Source of the DNA: Meiothermus sp.
Lineage (GTDB): Bacteria; Deinococcota; Deinococci; Deinococcales; Thermaceae
DNA length: 64,000 bases
Assembly (NCBI GenBank): GCA_033762915.1
Contig: JANRLD010000115.1
Span: 1-64,000 of the forward strand
Reading direction: 5' to 3'
Shown piece after piece: positions 26,659 through 37,278 of this stretch (positions within the stretch are counted from its first letter, which is position 1; every line of letters starts with the position of its first letter). The position numbers and the translations under genes are program-made. The notes beneath the pieces were generated by a model, which worked only from the letters and a program-made list of their open reading frames with translations, made no database searches and was not told where the DNA came from.

Positions 26659-27000
26659 GTGGCACGGTCAATATCCAACAGGCTGTTGTGGTTTTTGGTG
26701 CTGGTGCTGGCGGTGGGCATGGCCCTCGCGCAGGCCGCGCACGACGCGGGGGGCGGGGTGGACCTGTGCCTGGTCTACGGCCCGGTCATCACCGTGGTGG
26801 TCTCGCTGCTCAAGCGCATCCCCTGGGTGGCGCAGTACCCCAAGCTGGTCGCGGCGCTGCTCTCGGTCGCGGCAGTCTTGGCCGGCAGCTACCTTAACCT
26901 CGGCGACGCCAGCCAGATCGTGCAGTGCGTCATCAACACCTTCGCGCTCTCCGTCGCCACCTACGAGGTGGCGCTCAAGCCCGCATCCAAGGCCCTTTGA
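26659..27000 (+). CDS. Putative holin / small multi-TM protein
   Basis: 113 aa, three to four hydrophobic segments, first gene of the right late operon. Confidence 0.5.
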   Translation: MARSISNRLLWFLVLVLAVGMALAQAAHDAGGGVDLCLVYGPVITVVVSLLKRIPWVAQYPKLVAALLSVAAVLAGSYLNLGDASQIVQCVINTFALSVATYEVALKPASKAL

Positions 27001-27977
27001 TGCTCCGCTTCCTCGGCCTCACCTCGCGCATCGCCCTGCTGGCCGGGTCGGCGCTGCCCGACCGCGTGCCGCTGCACCCCTTCGGGGAGTTCACGGGCAA
27101 CCGGGTCCGCTTCGTCTTCGACGAGGAGAGCCTGGCCGCCGTGCGCCGCCAGCTGGCCGACAAGGGCGTGCCCTGGGTGCTGGACCTCAACCACTCCACG
27201 GTGGCCCTCGAGGAGGGCGAGGCCGCGGAGGCCCCGGCCTACGGCTTCGTCTACGGCGTGGAGGTCGTGGACGGCTTCGTCTACGGCCTGGTCGAGTGGA
27301 CCGACCTGGGCCGCGAGAAGATGGCCGGGGGGGCCTACAACTTCGTCTCGCCGGTGCTGCTCTACGACGAGGCCACCGGCCGCGTGCTGGGCTACCACTC
27401 CCACGCCGTCACCAACCGCCCCGGCACCTTCCACCAGCGCCGCATCGGGCTCACCGCCCAGGAGGAAAGCATGAACCTACGACAGATGCTCGGCCTGCCC
27501 GAGACCGCCACCGACGCCGAGGTGCAGGCCGCCCTGGCCACCCTCCAGGCCCGCGCCCAGCTCGGCGAGCTGGTGATGGGGGCCCTGGAACTCCAGAGCG
27601 CCGAGCTCACCGCCGAGACCCGCCGGCGCGTCATCAGCCTGGCCGCCAACGAGGGCCTGGCCGAGGAGCTGCGCACCCTGCGCGAGCAGCTCACCCAGGA
27701 CCGCCAGCAGCGCCAGGCCGACGCCGTGGCCCAGCTCGTGGGTGCCGCCGTCGAGGACGGCCGCATCCTGGAGCCCGACCGGGCCCGCTACGAGCGCCTG
27801 GCCCGCCTCGACCTCGAGGGCACCCGCGCCGTGATCGAGGGCCTGCCCAAGCGGGTGCCCACCGAGCCCATCAAGCCGGGCGGCGCCCGGGCCGCGCAGC
27901 TCACCGACGACGAGGCCGCGGCCTACAGGCTGCTCGGCCTGAGCGCCGAGCAGATCGCACAGCACGGAGGTAATTGA
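27000..27977 (+). CDS. Mu gpI-like prohead protease with nested scaffold (internal ATG 27471)
   Basis: DLNHS, VEWTDLG, YNFVSPV and AVTNRP motifs; AGGAGG RBS before in-frame ATG 27471. Confidence 0.88.
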   Translation: MLRFLGLTSRIALLAGSALPDRVPLHPFGEFTGNRVRFVFDEESLAAVRRQLADKGVPWVLDLNHSTVALEEGEAAEAPAYGFVYGVEVVDGFVYGLVEWTDLGREKMAGGAYNFVSPVLLYDEATGRVLGYHSHAVTNRPGTFHQRRIGLTAQEESMNLRQMLGLPETATDAEVQAALATLQARAQLGELVMGALELQSAELTAETRRRVISLAANEGLAEELRTLREQLTQDRQQRQADAVAQLVGAAVEDGRILEPDRARYERLARLDLEGTRAVIEGLPKRVPTEPIKPGGARAAQLTDDEAAAYRLLGLSAEQIAQHGGN

Positions 27978-27978
27978 T

Positions 27979-28398
27979 ATGGCCGCCGCCACCGAACCCA
28001 GGGACACCGTGAGGCGGGAGGGCAGGCTGCTCTCCCACCCCGTCAAGGCCAACGTAACGTGCTTCCAGGGCACCATCGCGGTGCGCGACGCCGCCGGCTT
28101 CGCCGCGCCCGGCAGCACCGCCGTGGGCCTGGTGGCGCTGGGGATGTTCCCCCAGACCTACGACAACGCCGGCGGGGCCAACGGGGCCATCGCCGCCGAC
28201 ATCGAGCCCGGCATATACAAGTGGGAGAACTCCGCCGCCGGAGACCTGATCACCTCGGCCGACGTGGGCAACGACTGCTTCATCGTAGACGACCAGACCG
28301 TGGCCAAGACCAGCGGCGCCAACACCCGCTCGGTGGCCGGCAAGGTCGTCGCGGTAGACGCGGACGGCGTCTGGGTCGCCACCGGATTCCTGGCCTGA
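27979..28398 (+). CDS. Capsid decoration/cement protein
   Basis: DVGNDCFIVDDQTV...AGKVVAVDADGVWV; precedes the capsid gene. Confidence 0.75.
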   Translation: MAAATEPRDTVRREGRLLSHPVKANVTCFQGTIAVRDAAGFAAPGSTAVGLVALGMFPQTYDNAGGANGAIAADIEPGIYKWENSAAGDLITSADVGNDCFIVDDQTVAKTSGANTRSVAGKVVAVDADGVWVATGFLA

Positions 28399-28417
28399 GC
28401 GCCCCTGGAGGATTAAC

Positions 28418-29335
28418 GTGCAGATCAACTCCGCAACCCTGAACATCCTGCGCCGCAGCTTCCGCACCCTCGCGGCGCTGGGCCAGCAGCAGGCCACCCC
28501 CCGCTGGCCGATGGTCGCCATGATGGCCCCCAGCAGCACCGCCGAGAACACCTACGGGTGGCTCAAAGATATCCCGGGGATGAGGGAGTGGGTGGGGGAC
28601 CGCGTGCTCCAAAACCTCTCCGAGGCCGAGTATACCGTCCGCAACAAGCCTTTCGAGCTGACCGTGTCGGTCAAGCGCGATCACATCGAGGACGACAACC
28701 TCGGGGTCTACTCGCCCATGTTCAGCGCCCTGGGCTCGGCGGTGGCCTACAGCCCGGACGAGATCATCTTCGACCTGCTGATCGGTGGATTCGGCATTAA
28801 GTGCTGGGACGGGAAGTCGTTCTTTGCAGGCAACCACCCCGTCAAAAAGGGCGTGGTTGCTTCCAACATCGGCAGCAAGAAGTTGGCGGCCTCGAGCTTC
28901 GAGGAGGCCCTGGCCCAGATGCAGGGCCTCAAGAACGCTGCCGACCAGAGCCTAAGGGTGTTCATGGGCGAGGGCCAGCAGGCCCCCCTGCTGGTCGTCT
29001 CCCCCAAGTACCGGGCCACAGCCCGCCGGGTCGTGGGGGCCGAGAAGGTCAACGGGGGCGAGGACAACGTCAACCTCGGGGCGGCCCGGATCATGGTGCT
29101 GCCCGAGATGGCGGGCGTATCCGACGACGCCTGGTTCCTGCTGGACAGCACCTTCCCGGTCAAGCCGCTGATCTACCAGCAGCGCAAGGCCCCCGAGTTC
29201 GTGGCGCTGGACAACCCCGACGACCCCAACGTGTTCCACAAGCGGGAGTACGTCTACGGGTACGACGACCGCAAGGCGGCTGGATTCGGCTTCTGGCAGC
29301 TCGCCTACGGCTCGGACGGTACCACCAACCCCTGA
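28418..29335 (+). CDS. Major capsid protein, Mu gpT-like
   Basis: YGWLKDIPGMREWVGDR, IEDDNLGVY, GFGFWQLAYGS. Confidence 0.93.
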   Translation: MQINSATLNILRRSFRTLAALGQQQATPRWPMVAMMAPSSTAENTYGWLKDIPGMREWVGDRVLQNLSEAEYTVRNKPFELTVSVKRDHIEDDNLGVYSPMFSALGSAVAYSPDEIIFDLLIGGFGIKCWDGKSFFAGNHPVKKGVVASNIGSKKLAASSFEEALAQMQGLKNAADQSLRVFMGEGQQAPLLVVSPKYRATARRVVGAEKVNGGEDNVNLGAARIMVLPEMAGVSDDAWFLLDSTFPVKPLIYQQRKAPEFVALDNPDDPNVFHKREYVYGYDDRKAAGFGFWQLAYGSDGTTNP

Positions 29336-29424
29336 CCGCCGCGCCCCCTAGGGGCGACAGCCTGACGGCGGTGGGGAGGGTCGATATGTCCGATCTGGGC
29401 GGTGGATGAAAGGTGGGGGGAAGG

Positions 29425-29886
29425 GTGTACGCGACACTGGAGGACATAAAAGGGGCGGTCGCTGAAGACGTGCTGGTGTACCTCGTGGACGACGAACGCG
29501 AGCGCACCATCACCGAGGCGGGTGAGGCCCGGATCGGCAAGGCCCTTGTACAGGCCGAGTCCGAGGTCAACTCCTACGTCGCCCTCAAGTACGCCCTCCC
29601 CCTCGCAGATGTCCCGGAGGCCCTCAAAACCGCCACAACCGACATCGCCGTCTACCGCCTGTTCAAGCGCCGGGGCATCCGCCCCGGGACCGCCGACGAG
29701 GTGGTCCAGACCGACTACCGCAACGCCGTGGCCTGGCTGCGCGACATCGCCAGCGGCAAGGCCACCCTGACCGCCTCCGGCGGGGGCCAGGGCGGCGACG
29801 ATGCCGCCCTGCCCGTCGCGGGCCAGGCCGCCAAGGTCACCGCCGCCGAGCGGGTCTTCAGCCGCGACAAGCTGGGGGGGTTCTAG
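29425..29886 (+). CDS. Mu gp36/DUF1320-like head-tail connector
   Basis: YATLEDI, YALPL, DIAVYRL, YRNAVAWLRDIASGK. Confidence 0.85.
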   Translation: MYATLEDIKGAVAEDVLVYLVDDERERTITEAGEARIGKALVQAESEVNSYVALKYALPLADVPEALKTATTDIAVYRLFKRRGIRPGTADEVVQTDYRNAVAWLRDIASGKATLTASGGGQGGDDAALPVAGQAAKVTAAERVFSRDKLGGF

Positions 29887-30390
29887 GTGCCTCAGACCCT
29901 GACCCCCGCCCAGATCGCGGCTATCTGGCCCGCGCTCGAGGCCCTCCCGCTGGACGACAACAACGAGCCGCTGGAGGCCGCGCAGATCCGCGAGGCCCTG
30001 CAGCGCCTGCTGGACAGCGTCCACCTGGTCAACGACCGGGTGGTGCTCGACGTGCAGGTGCCTCGCCAGCCCCAGACCGACGCCAACGGGGTCGCGGTGC
30101 TCGCCATACTGTCGTGCCAGAGCCCGCTGAGGCTGCATCGCGGCACCTGGGACATCCCCGCCGGGTACACCCTCGAGGTGGGATTCATCGGGACCCAGAC
30201 CTTCCGCCCCGTCGACATCCCGCCGAGCCAGACCCCCTACGTCACCGGCGCCGACCGTTCCAGCTTTCTCCCCATCAACCACGCGCTGGGCGGCCCGTTC
30301 TCGGGCGGCCCGCTCGCGGTCGTGCTGGTCGGCCCGGCGCTGGCCACTCTCCCCGCTCTCAACGTCCACCTCGAGTTCGAGCTGGTCTAG
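29887..30390 (+). CDS. Hypothetical protein
   Basis: ORF in the late operon. Confidence 0.6.
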   Translation: MPQTLTPAQIAAIWPALEALPLDDNNEPLEAAQIREALQRLLDSVHLVNDRVVLDVQVPRQPQTDANGVAVLAILSCQSPLRLHRGTWDIPAGYTLEVGFIGTQTFRPVDIPPSQTPYVTGADRSSFLPINHALGGPFSGGPLAVVLVGPALATLPALNVHLEFELV

Positions 30391-30398
30391 GAGGCCCC

Positions 30399-30671
30399 AT
30401 GAAGCAGACCGACCTTGTCAAGCAAGTCGCCGCCCGCAGCGGCCTGACCCAGCGCCAGGCCGACGCCGCCCTCAAAGCCCTCGCCCTCACCGTGGAGACC
30501 ACCCTCAGGGACGGGGGCGAGGTCAGCATCGTGGGATTCGGCACCTTCAAGACCGCCCAGCGCAAGGCCCGCGCCGCCGTCAACCCCTCCACCAAGGAGG
30601 TCGTGCAGGTGCCCGCCAAGCGGGTCGCGGTCTTCCGCCCCGGCAAGGCCCTCAAGGAGGTGGTGGCGTAA
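30399..30671 (+). CDS. hup: Phage-encoded HU-like DNA-binding protein
   Basis: VSIVGFGTF...RKARAAVNPST...VPAKRVAVFRPGKALKE. Confidence 0.92.
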   Translation: MKQTDLVKQVAARSGLTQRQADAALKALALTVETTLRDGGEVSIVGFGTFKTAQRKARAAVNPSTKEVVQVPAKRVAVFRPGKALKEVVA

Positions 30672-30901
30672 TGCCCAAGCCTTCGGTAGGGCGCATCGTG
30701 CACTACGTGGCCTACGGCACCCCCGGCGGGGAGTACAAGCCGGAGCACCGGGCCGCCGTAGTGACGCAGGTCTACAACGAGACCAGCGTGGCGCTGATGG
30801 TCATCAACCCCACCGGCATGTTCTTCCAGACCTCGATCCTCCAGGACGAGGGGGAGAAAAAGCCGGGCACCTGGCACTGGCCGGAGCGCGAAGAGGGCTA
30901 G
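30671..30901 (+). CDS. Small phage protein (PSVGRIVHY...WHWPER)
   Basis: Motif pattern familiar from phage proteins; function unknown. Confidence 0.7.
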   Translation: MPKPSVGRIVHYVAYGTPGGEYKPEHRAAVVTQVYNETSVALMVINPTGMFFQTSILQDEGEKKPGTWHWPEREEG

Positions 30902-30911
30902 GACTGGGGCT

Positions 30912-31394
30912 ATGGGCGTCCGAATCACGGGGGACCTCAACAGGCTCAAGGGCGCGGCCAGACGGCTTTCCACGCCCCGCCTGAACCGCGTCGCCGCGCA
31001 GGCCGGCGAGGCACTGGTCTCGTCAACCGTACAGCGCTTCGACGCGCAGCAGGCCCCTGACGGTACGCCCTGGCAGCCCCTGGCAGCCTCCACCGTAGCG
31101 CCCCGCGCTAGGGACTTCACCAAGTCCGGGCGCATCCGCAAACCGGCCGAGCGCCGGATGTTGGGGCGCAAGATTCTGATCCAGTCGGCCCGGCTGCGCA
31201 ACTCCATCTCCCACCGGCGCGACGGCACCCGCGTCGCGGTCGGCACCAACGTGCGCTACGCCCGCATCCATCAGCTCGGCGGCATGGCGGGGCGGGGCCG
31301 CAAGGTCCAGATCCCGGCCCGGCCCTACCTCGGCGTCAGCGAGGCCGACCGCGCCGAGATCCGGCGCATCCTCGCGCGGGAGCTGTCGCCATGA
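30912..31394 (+). CDS. Mu gpG-like virion morphogenesis protein
   Basis: PDGTPWQPL, VGTNVRYARIHQLGG, IPARPYLG. Confidence 0.9.
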   Translation: MGVRITGDLNRLKGAARRLSTPRLNRVAAQAGEALVSSTVQRFDAQQAPDGTPWQPLAASTVAPRARDFTKSGRIRKPAERRMLGRKILIQSARLRNSISHRRDGTRVAVGTNVRYARIHQLGGMAGRGRKVQIPARPYLGVSEADRAEIRRILARELSP

Positions 31395-31906
31395 TGGATT
31401 CCGCCCGCTTGCACATCACCCGGGGCCTGGTGCACTGCGGGCTGCTCGAGCGCTACATCCAGCAGGAAGTGCGCAGCGCCCAGGAGTTCCCGGTCGGCTG
31501 GGCCGCTTACCTCTACCCCGTCAGCGGCAGCCTTCAGCGCGACGGGTCCCGGGCCCGCATCGAGGGCGGCCAGACCACCCGCATCCTGTACCAGGGCCGG
31601 GGCCAGATGCAGCTCGAGCTGTTCGCCCCCGACCAGGCCGAGTTGCTCAGGCTGTTGGGAGGGCTGCTGACCTGGCTGTTCGACCACCCGCACATAGACA
31701 CCGGCAACAGCGGCCTGCACATGCGCGCGCCCGAGGACGGCATCACCTTCAGCTTCCAGATCGACGACGGCGAGAGCGTTCTCCAGATGCGCAACGGCGT
31801 GCGGGTCAACATCCCGGTGGAGATCGCCCTCAGCCGCGACAACGCCTGGGTGCCGGTCTCGGTCGAGTTGCACGAGGAAGTGGTGGGAGGCAACCCCGAT
31901 GAGTAA
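31391..31906 (+). CDS. Putative tail terminator/completion protein
   Basis: Position between gpG and sheath. Confidence 0.5.
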   Translation: MMDSARLHITRGLVHCGLLERYIQQEVRSAQEFPVGWAAYLYPVSGSLQRDGSRARIEGGQTTRILYQGRGQMQLELFAPDQAELLRLLGGLLTWLFDHPHIDTGNSGLHMRAPEDGITFSFQIDDGESVLQMRNGVRVNIPVEIALSRDNAWVPVSVELHEEVVGGNPDE

Positions 31907-32165
31907 GCGCAATCCCGACAGCTCCGACGAGGCCAAGGCCCCGCCCGCACCCGAGGTAGACATGAGCGAACAGGCAACGATCGAGCAGCACGCCGCCGAG
32001 CTGGGCACCCCCGGCTGGGCGCTGGCGGCCACCAAGGCCGCCGAGGGCTGGCCCGCCCAGAAGCTGGTCAGCCGCAGGGAGTACGAGAGCGCCGTCGAGC
32101 GCACCCTCAAGCTCCCGATCAGCGGTGTGGCCCCCAAGAGGGCCGAGAAGGGTGGTGACAAATGA
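31899..32165 (+). CDS. Small protein upstream of sheath
   Basis: Coupled ORF. Confidence 0.6.
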   Translation: MSKRNPDSSDEAKAPPAPEVDMSEQATIEQHAAELGTPGWALAATKAAEGWPAQKLVSRREYESAVERTLKLPISGVAPKRAEKGGDK

Positions 32166-33574
32166 GCCGTCTGGCAGGAGTTTACCCGACCGAACTCGAC
32201 GGGGGCCTGGGCATCGCGGCCCCCGGCGGGGACGGCGCGCGGGCGCTGGTCGGCGTCTCCAGCGGCGGCGTCGCCAATCAGGTGCTCAGCTTCGCCGACC
32301 CCGACGACGCCCGCAGCGTCCTGGGCGTGGGGCCGCTGGCCCGCGCGGTGGTGGACCAGCTGGCGCTGGGCGGCGGCGTGGTTCACGCGGTGCCCGCCGG
32401 CGTGGGCACCCCCGCCGCCGTCACCCCCGACGGGGCCAACCCGGCCGGCCCCGCGGTCACCCTCACCGGCAGCGCCACCGACCGCTTCAGCGCGGTGATC
32501 CGGATCACCCGCGCCGGCGCCCTGGGGGTGGGGGCGTTCGCCTTCAGCCTGGACGGCGGCGATACCTACTCGCAGGAGATCGCCCTGGCGGCGACCTACG
32601 CCATCCCCGACTCCGGCCTCACGGCCAACTTCGCGGCGGGGGCCTACGTGGCGGGCAGCCTCTACAGGTTCGAGGTCTCCGAGCCGCTGCCCAGCGTGGC
32701 GACCGCCCAGGCCGCGATACGGGCCGCGCTGGGATCGGGGCGGGTGTTCGAGTACGTCCAGGTCGTCGGCGGCTCCGGGGCCGCCATGTGGGCCGCGCTG
32801 GACGCCCTCGCCGCCGAGGCCGAGGCCGCATTCAAGTACGTGTACTTCGTCTGCGAGACCACGGCGCCCGGCTCCGACCCCGACGCCTGGGTCACCGCCC
32901 AGATCGCCGCCAAGGCCGCCTTCAGCTCGATCAAGGTGCAGATCATCGCCGCCTACGGCGAGGTGGTGGACACCCTCTCGGGCCGGGTTGAGGTGCAGAG
33001 CCTGGCCAGCCGCATCATGGCGCGGGTCTCCCGCAACCCCGTACACGTCAAGGCGTCCTACCGCCGCCTGGGGGCGCTGCCCGGCGTGGTCTGTGCGGCC
33101 CCCTTCGTACTGGACGCGCAAAACCGCAAGGTGAGCAAGTTCAACAACGGTCACGCCAAGAGCCTGGACGAGGCCGGGTTCACCACGGTGGTCACGATGG
33201 AGGGGCGCAGCGGCCTCTACGTCGAGGAAGACCGTATGGCCGCACCCCTCACCTCCGACTACACCATCGCCCCCAACCGGCGCGTCATGAACAAGGCCAA
33301 GCGGCTGGTGCGCGAGGCGCTGCTCGAGGACGTGCAGGGCAACCTCGACCCTCTGGAGCTGGAGGCCAGCACCCAATCCATCGTGGCGCGGGCCAACGCA
33401 CCGCTCAAAGCGATGGTGCGCGACCGGGAGGTCAGCGCGGCGCGGGTGGCCCTGGTCCCGGGGCAGAACATCCTCTCCGACAGCAAGCTGCGGCTCAAGG
33501 TTCGCATCACGCCCAACGGCTACGCCCGCGAGATCGAGACCGAGTTCGCCTACGAGAACCCGTTCCTGGGCTAA
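32162..33574 (+). CDS. Tail sheath protein (DUF2586-like)
   Basis: DGGLG N-terminus, FSLDGGDTYS, SDY...NRRVMNKA. Confidence 0.85.
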   Translation: MSRLAGVYPTELDGGLGIAAPGGDGARALVGVSSGGVANQVLSFADPDDARSVLGVGPLARAVVDQLALGGGVVHAVPAGVGTPAAVTPDGANPAGPAVTLTGSATDRFSAVIRITRAGALGVGAFAFSLDGGDTYSQEIALAATYAIPDSGLTANFAAGAYVAGSLYRFEVSEPLPSVATAQAAIRAALGSGRVFEYVQVVGGSGAAMWAALDALAAEAEAAFKYVYFVCETTAPGSDPDAWVTAQIAAKAAFSSIKVQIIAAYGEVVDTLSGRVEVQSLASRIMARVSRNPVHVKASYRRLGALPGVVCAAPFVLDAQNRKVSKFNNGHAKSLDEAGFTTVVTMEGRSGLYVEEDRMAAPLTSDYTIAPNRRVMNKAKRLVREALLEDVQGNLDPLELEASTQSIVARANAPLKAMVRDREVSAARVALVPGQNILSDSKLRLKVRITPNGYAREIETEFAYENPFLG

Positions 33575-33585
33575 GGAGTTGAAGC

Positions 33586-34041
33586 GTGAGCGGAGTCTTC
33601 GTAAATAACCACTACTACGACTGGGGCCACATCACCACCAAGCTGCTCGGGCAGACCTTGGTGGACTACAAGGCCATCGAGTACGGCGACGAGATGGCCG
33701 TGGAGCCGGTCTACGGCAAGGGCCGCAAGCCCCGGGGCTGGCGGCGCGGGCGCTACGGGGGCAAGGACGGCGTGGTGCGGCTGCTGCGCGAGGAGTACGA
33801 CGCGCTGCTGGCCTCCCCCCAGGTGCAGGAGAAAGGCCTGTACGGCCTGGACCCGTTCGAGATCACCGTCACCGGCGACAAGGGCAACGGCTCGCCCTTC
33901 ACCGACGTGCTCGAGGGGGTCGTGTTCTTCGAGCGCGACTTCGAAAACGTCCAGGAAGACGGCGACGAGATGACCGTCCCGCTGGGCATCAAGTACCTCA
34001 ACGTGCGCTCCGGCGACCAGGAGCCCTTCGCGGGCGAGTGA
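33586..34041 (+). CDS. Tail tube protein
   Basis: NNHYYDWGHI, IEYGD, YGKGRKPRG; follows sheath. Confidence 0.8.
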   Translation: MSGVFVNNHYYDWGHITTKLLGQTLVDYKAIEYGDEMAVEPVYGKGRKPRGWRRGRYGGKDGVVRLLREEYDALLASPQVQEKGLYGLDPFEITVTGDKGNGSPFTDVLEGVVFFERDFENVQEDGDEMTVPLGIKYLNVRSGDQEPFAGE

Positions 34042-34053
34042 GCCCCACCGGAT

Positions 34054-34083
34054 AGGGCGCGGCCACCCGTCGCGCCCTTTTTT
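34054..34083 (+). terminator. Intrinsic terminator after tail tube
   Basis: AGGGCGCG/CGCGCCCT stem followed by T run. Confidence 0.65.
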
Positions 34084-34103
34084 CAGCCCCAGACGAGGTT
34101 ATT

Positions 34104-34543
34104 ATGAGCGACACCCCCACGACCCCCGCCTACTACGTCTTCGAGGCCCCGGAGGGCCGGGAGTTCTACTTCCGCAAGCCCCGCACCCCCGAGATCGACC
34201 TTTGCATGAAGCGCATGCGCACCGCGCTCACCGAGGCCAGCGCCGACTTCTCGCTGGTGCTGATCAGCCCAGACCAGAAGGCCGACTGGAAGGCCCTGCT
34301 GGAAGAGAAGCCCGGCTACGGAAGCCGCGTGGCCAACAAGGTCTTGGAGCAGCTGGGTTTTCCGGTGGAGGGGTAGGGGTCACGCCCGACCTCTCGGTGT
34401 TTGAGCAGTACGAGGCCCTGGTGCAGCATTGGCTGCACCTTCGCTGCCCCGAGGACCCCGCTGAACTCCGCGCCCTGGCCCGAAAGGCCCTCTGGCTCGA
34501 GCGCCGATACCACCCCCAGGCCACCCCCAAGGACGGCACGTGA
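34104..34543 (+). CDS. Tail assembly chaperone (34104-34376) with -1 frameshift extension to 34543
   Basis: In-frame slippery G GGT TTT at 34355-34361; -1 frame open to TGA 34543. Confidence 0.75.
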
Positions 34544-34800
34544 GACCCTTCCAGTACCGCAAAAAGCCCGTGGTGGTCGAGGCCATGCAGTTCGCCGACC
34601 TGGACTCGGGCAGCGCCCTCGAGCGCTGGACCGACCTCAGGTTCATGATGGACATCGCCCACCGGCCGCTCCGGGCCCGCGTGCTGACGCCGGCAGGGGC
34701 CGTGTGGGCCGAGCTGGGCGACTTCATCATCCGGGGCAGCCGGGGTGAGTTCTACCCCTGCAAGCCTGACATCTTCCGGGAGATTTACGAGAGGGTATGA
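34540..34800 (+). CDS. Small phage protein (YRKKPVVVEA...YPCKPDIF)
   Basis: Motif pattern familiar from phage proteins. Confidence 0.75.
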   Translation: MRPFQYRKKPVVVEAMQFADLDSGSALERWTDLRFMMDIAHRPLRARVLTPAGAVWAELGDFIIRGSRGEFYPCKPDIFREIYERV

Positions 34801-34955
34801 GCATGTTCGCTTGGCACGAAACCGAGATAGACCACGAACGGCAGCGTCAGCACGACCAGGCCCTGATGGCCAAGCTGCTGGCCAAGGGTTTCCATCCGGC
34901 AAGCTGGAAGCTCCAGCGCGAGTTCCGACGCAAACGCCGCCTCTTCTACCGCTGA
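34797..34955 (+). CDS. 52-aa hypothetical protein
   Basis: ATGA-coupled; MSMFAWHETEIDHERQ...RRKRRLFYR; followed by hairpin plus T run at 34979-35001. Confidence 0.45.
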   Translation: MSMFAWHETEIDHERQRQHDQALMAKLLAKGFHPASWKLQREFRRKRRLFYR

Positions 34956-35101
34956 TCCCCCACTCTGGCCCCACCTCTGCCCCACCCGGGGCATCTTTTT
35001 TCCCCGCCAGCTAGGGCTACGACGTAACACCCGCCTTAATCTATGTTTATGAGTGGTCTTTGTATGACGCGTGTGCCCCTCATGTTTAACAGAATCCTCT
35101 A

Positions 35102-35297
35102 TTAATGACAAATAGCGTGGGAGTTTGCGACAAATAGCGTGGTTTAAAAACGGGCTTTGCGACAAATAGCGTGAGATGGCCCAAAATCCGCCCGCGCGCG
35201 GTAAAAAGCAGGTTTATTCCAGTCCTGTGCGGTCTTTCCAGGGCCTTATTCCGCTTCGTTCCGCTGATTCCGCTCCGCCAAATAGCGTGGAGTAACA
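35102..35297. repeat. Prophage terminus with four putative transposase binding sites
   Basis: TTTGCGACAAATAGCGTGG-like at 35102-35120, 35124-35142, 35156-35174 and 35272-35290, then AGTAACA. Confidence 0.85.
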
Positions 35298-35365
35298 CAC
35301 CCGTTACGCTTTACCTCCAGGCCCCTCAACCAGCCCAAACCTCCCACCCACCCGCAAAAGTGACG

Positions 35366-35422
35366 GTGGGGTGAAGGTGGGGTGAAGGTGGGACACAGTG
35401 GTAGAAAGGGGTAGTTTTGTGG
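35366..35422 (+). promoter_or_regulatory. MraZ-binding direct repeats
   Basis: GTGG at 35366, 35377, 35388, 35398 and 35419 (10-11 bp phasing) upstream of mraZ. Confidence 0.75.
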
Positions 35423-35511
35423 TAAGTTATGGGTTGTAACAGCCGTTTATGTGGGATAGGGCGCCATTTCTGCCGGTTCGTGTCGAAGAAAGGCTCTAGG
35501 GGACGAGGAAA

Positions 35512-37277
<1,766 letters not shown>

Positions 37278-37278
<1 letters not shown>

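Larger units (their letters stand above)
1..35297. mobile_element. Mu-like transposable prophage (myovirus-type), left part outside window
   Basis: DDE transposase plus AAA ATPase, Mu gpT-like capsid, gpI protease, DUF935-like portal, MuF, gp36, gpG, sheath, tube and tape measure; repeated 19-mer end sites ending in ACA at 35297; host mraZ follows. Confidence 0.95.

Noticed and set aside
31325..33376. 683-aa minus-strand ORF
   Set aside because: Antisense shadow of the sheath and neighbouring genes
35024..35033. GTAACACCCG resembling the terminal junction
   Set aside because: Short match with no adjacent 19-mer; probably chance
35102..35290. Possible mini-CRISPR from the 19-mer repeats
   Set aside because: Gaps of 3, 13 and ~97 bp are not spacer-like and there are no cas genes; fits transposase end sites
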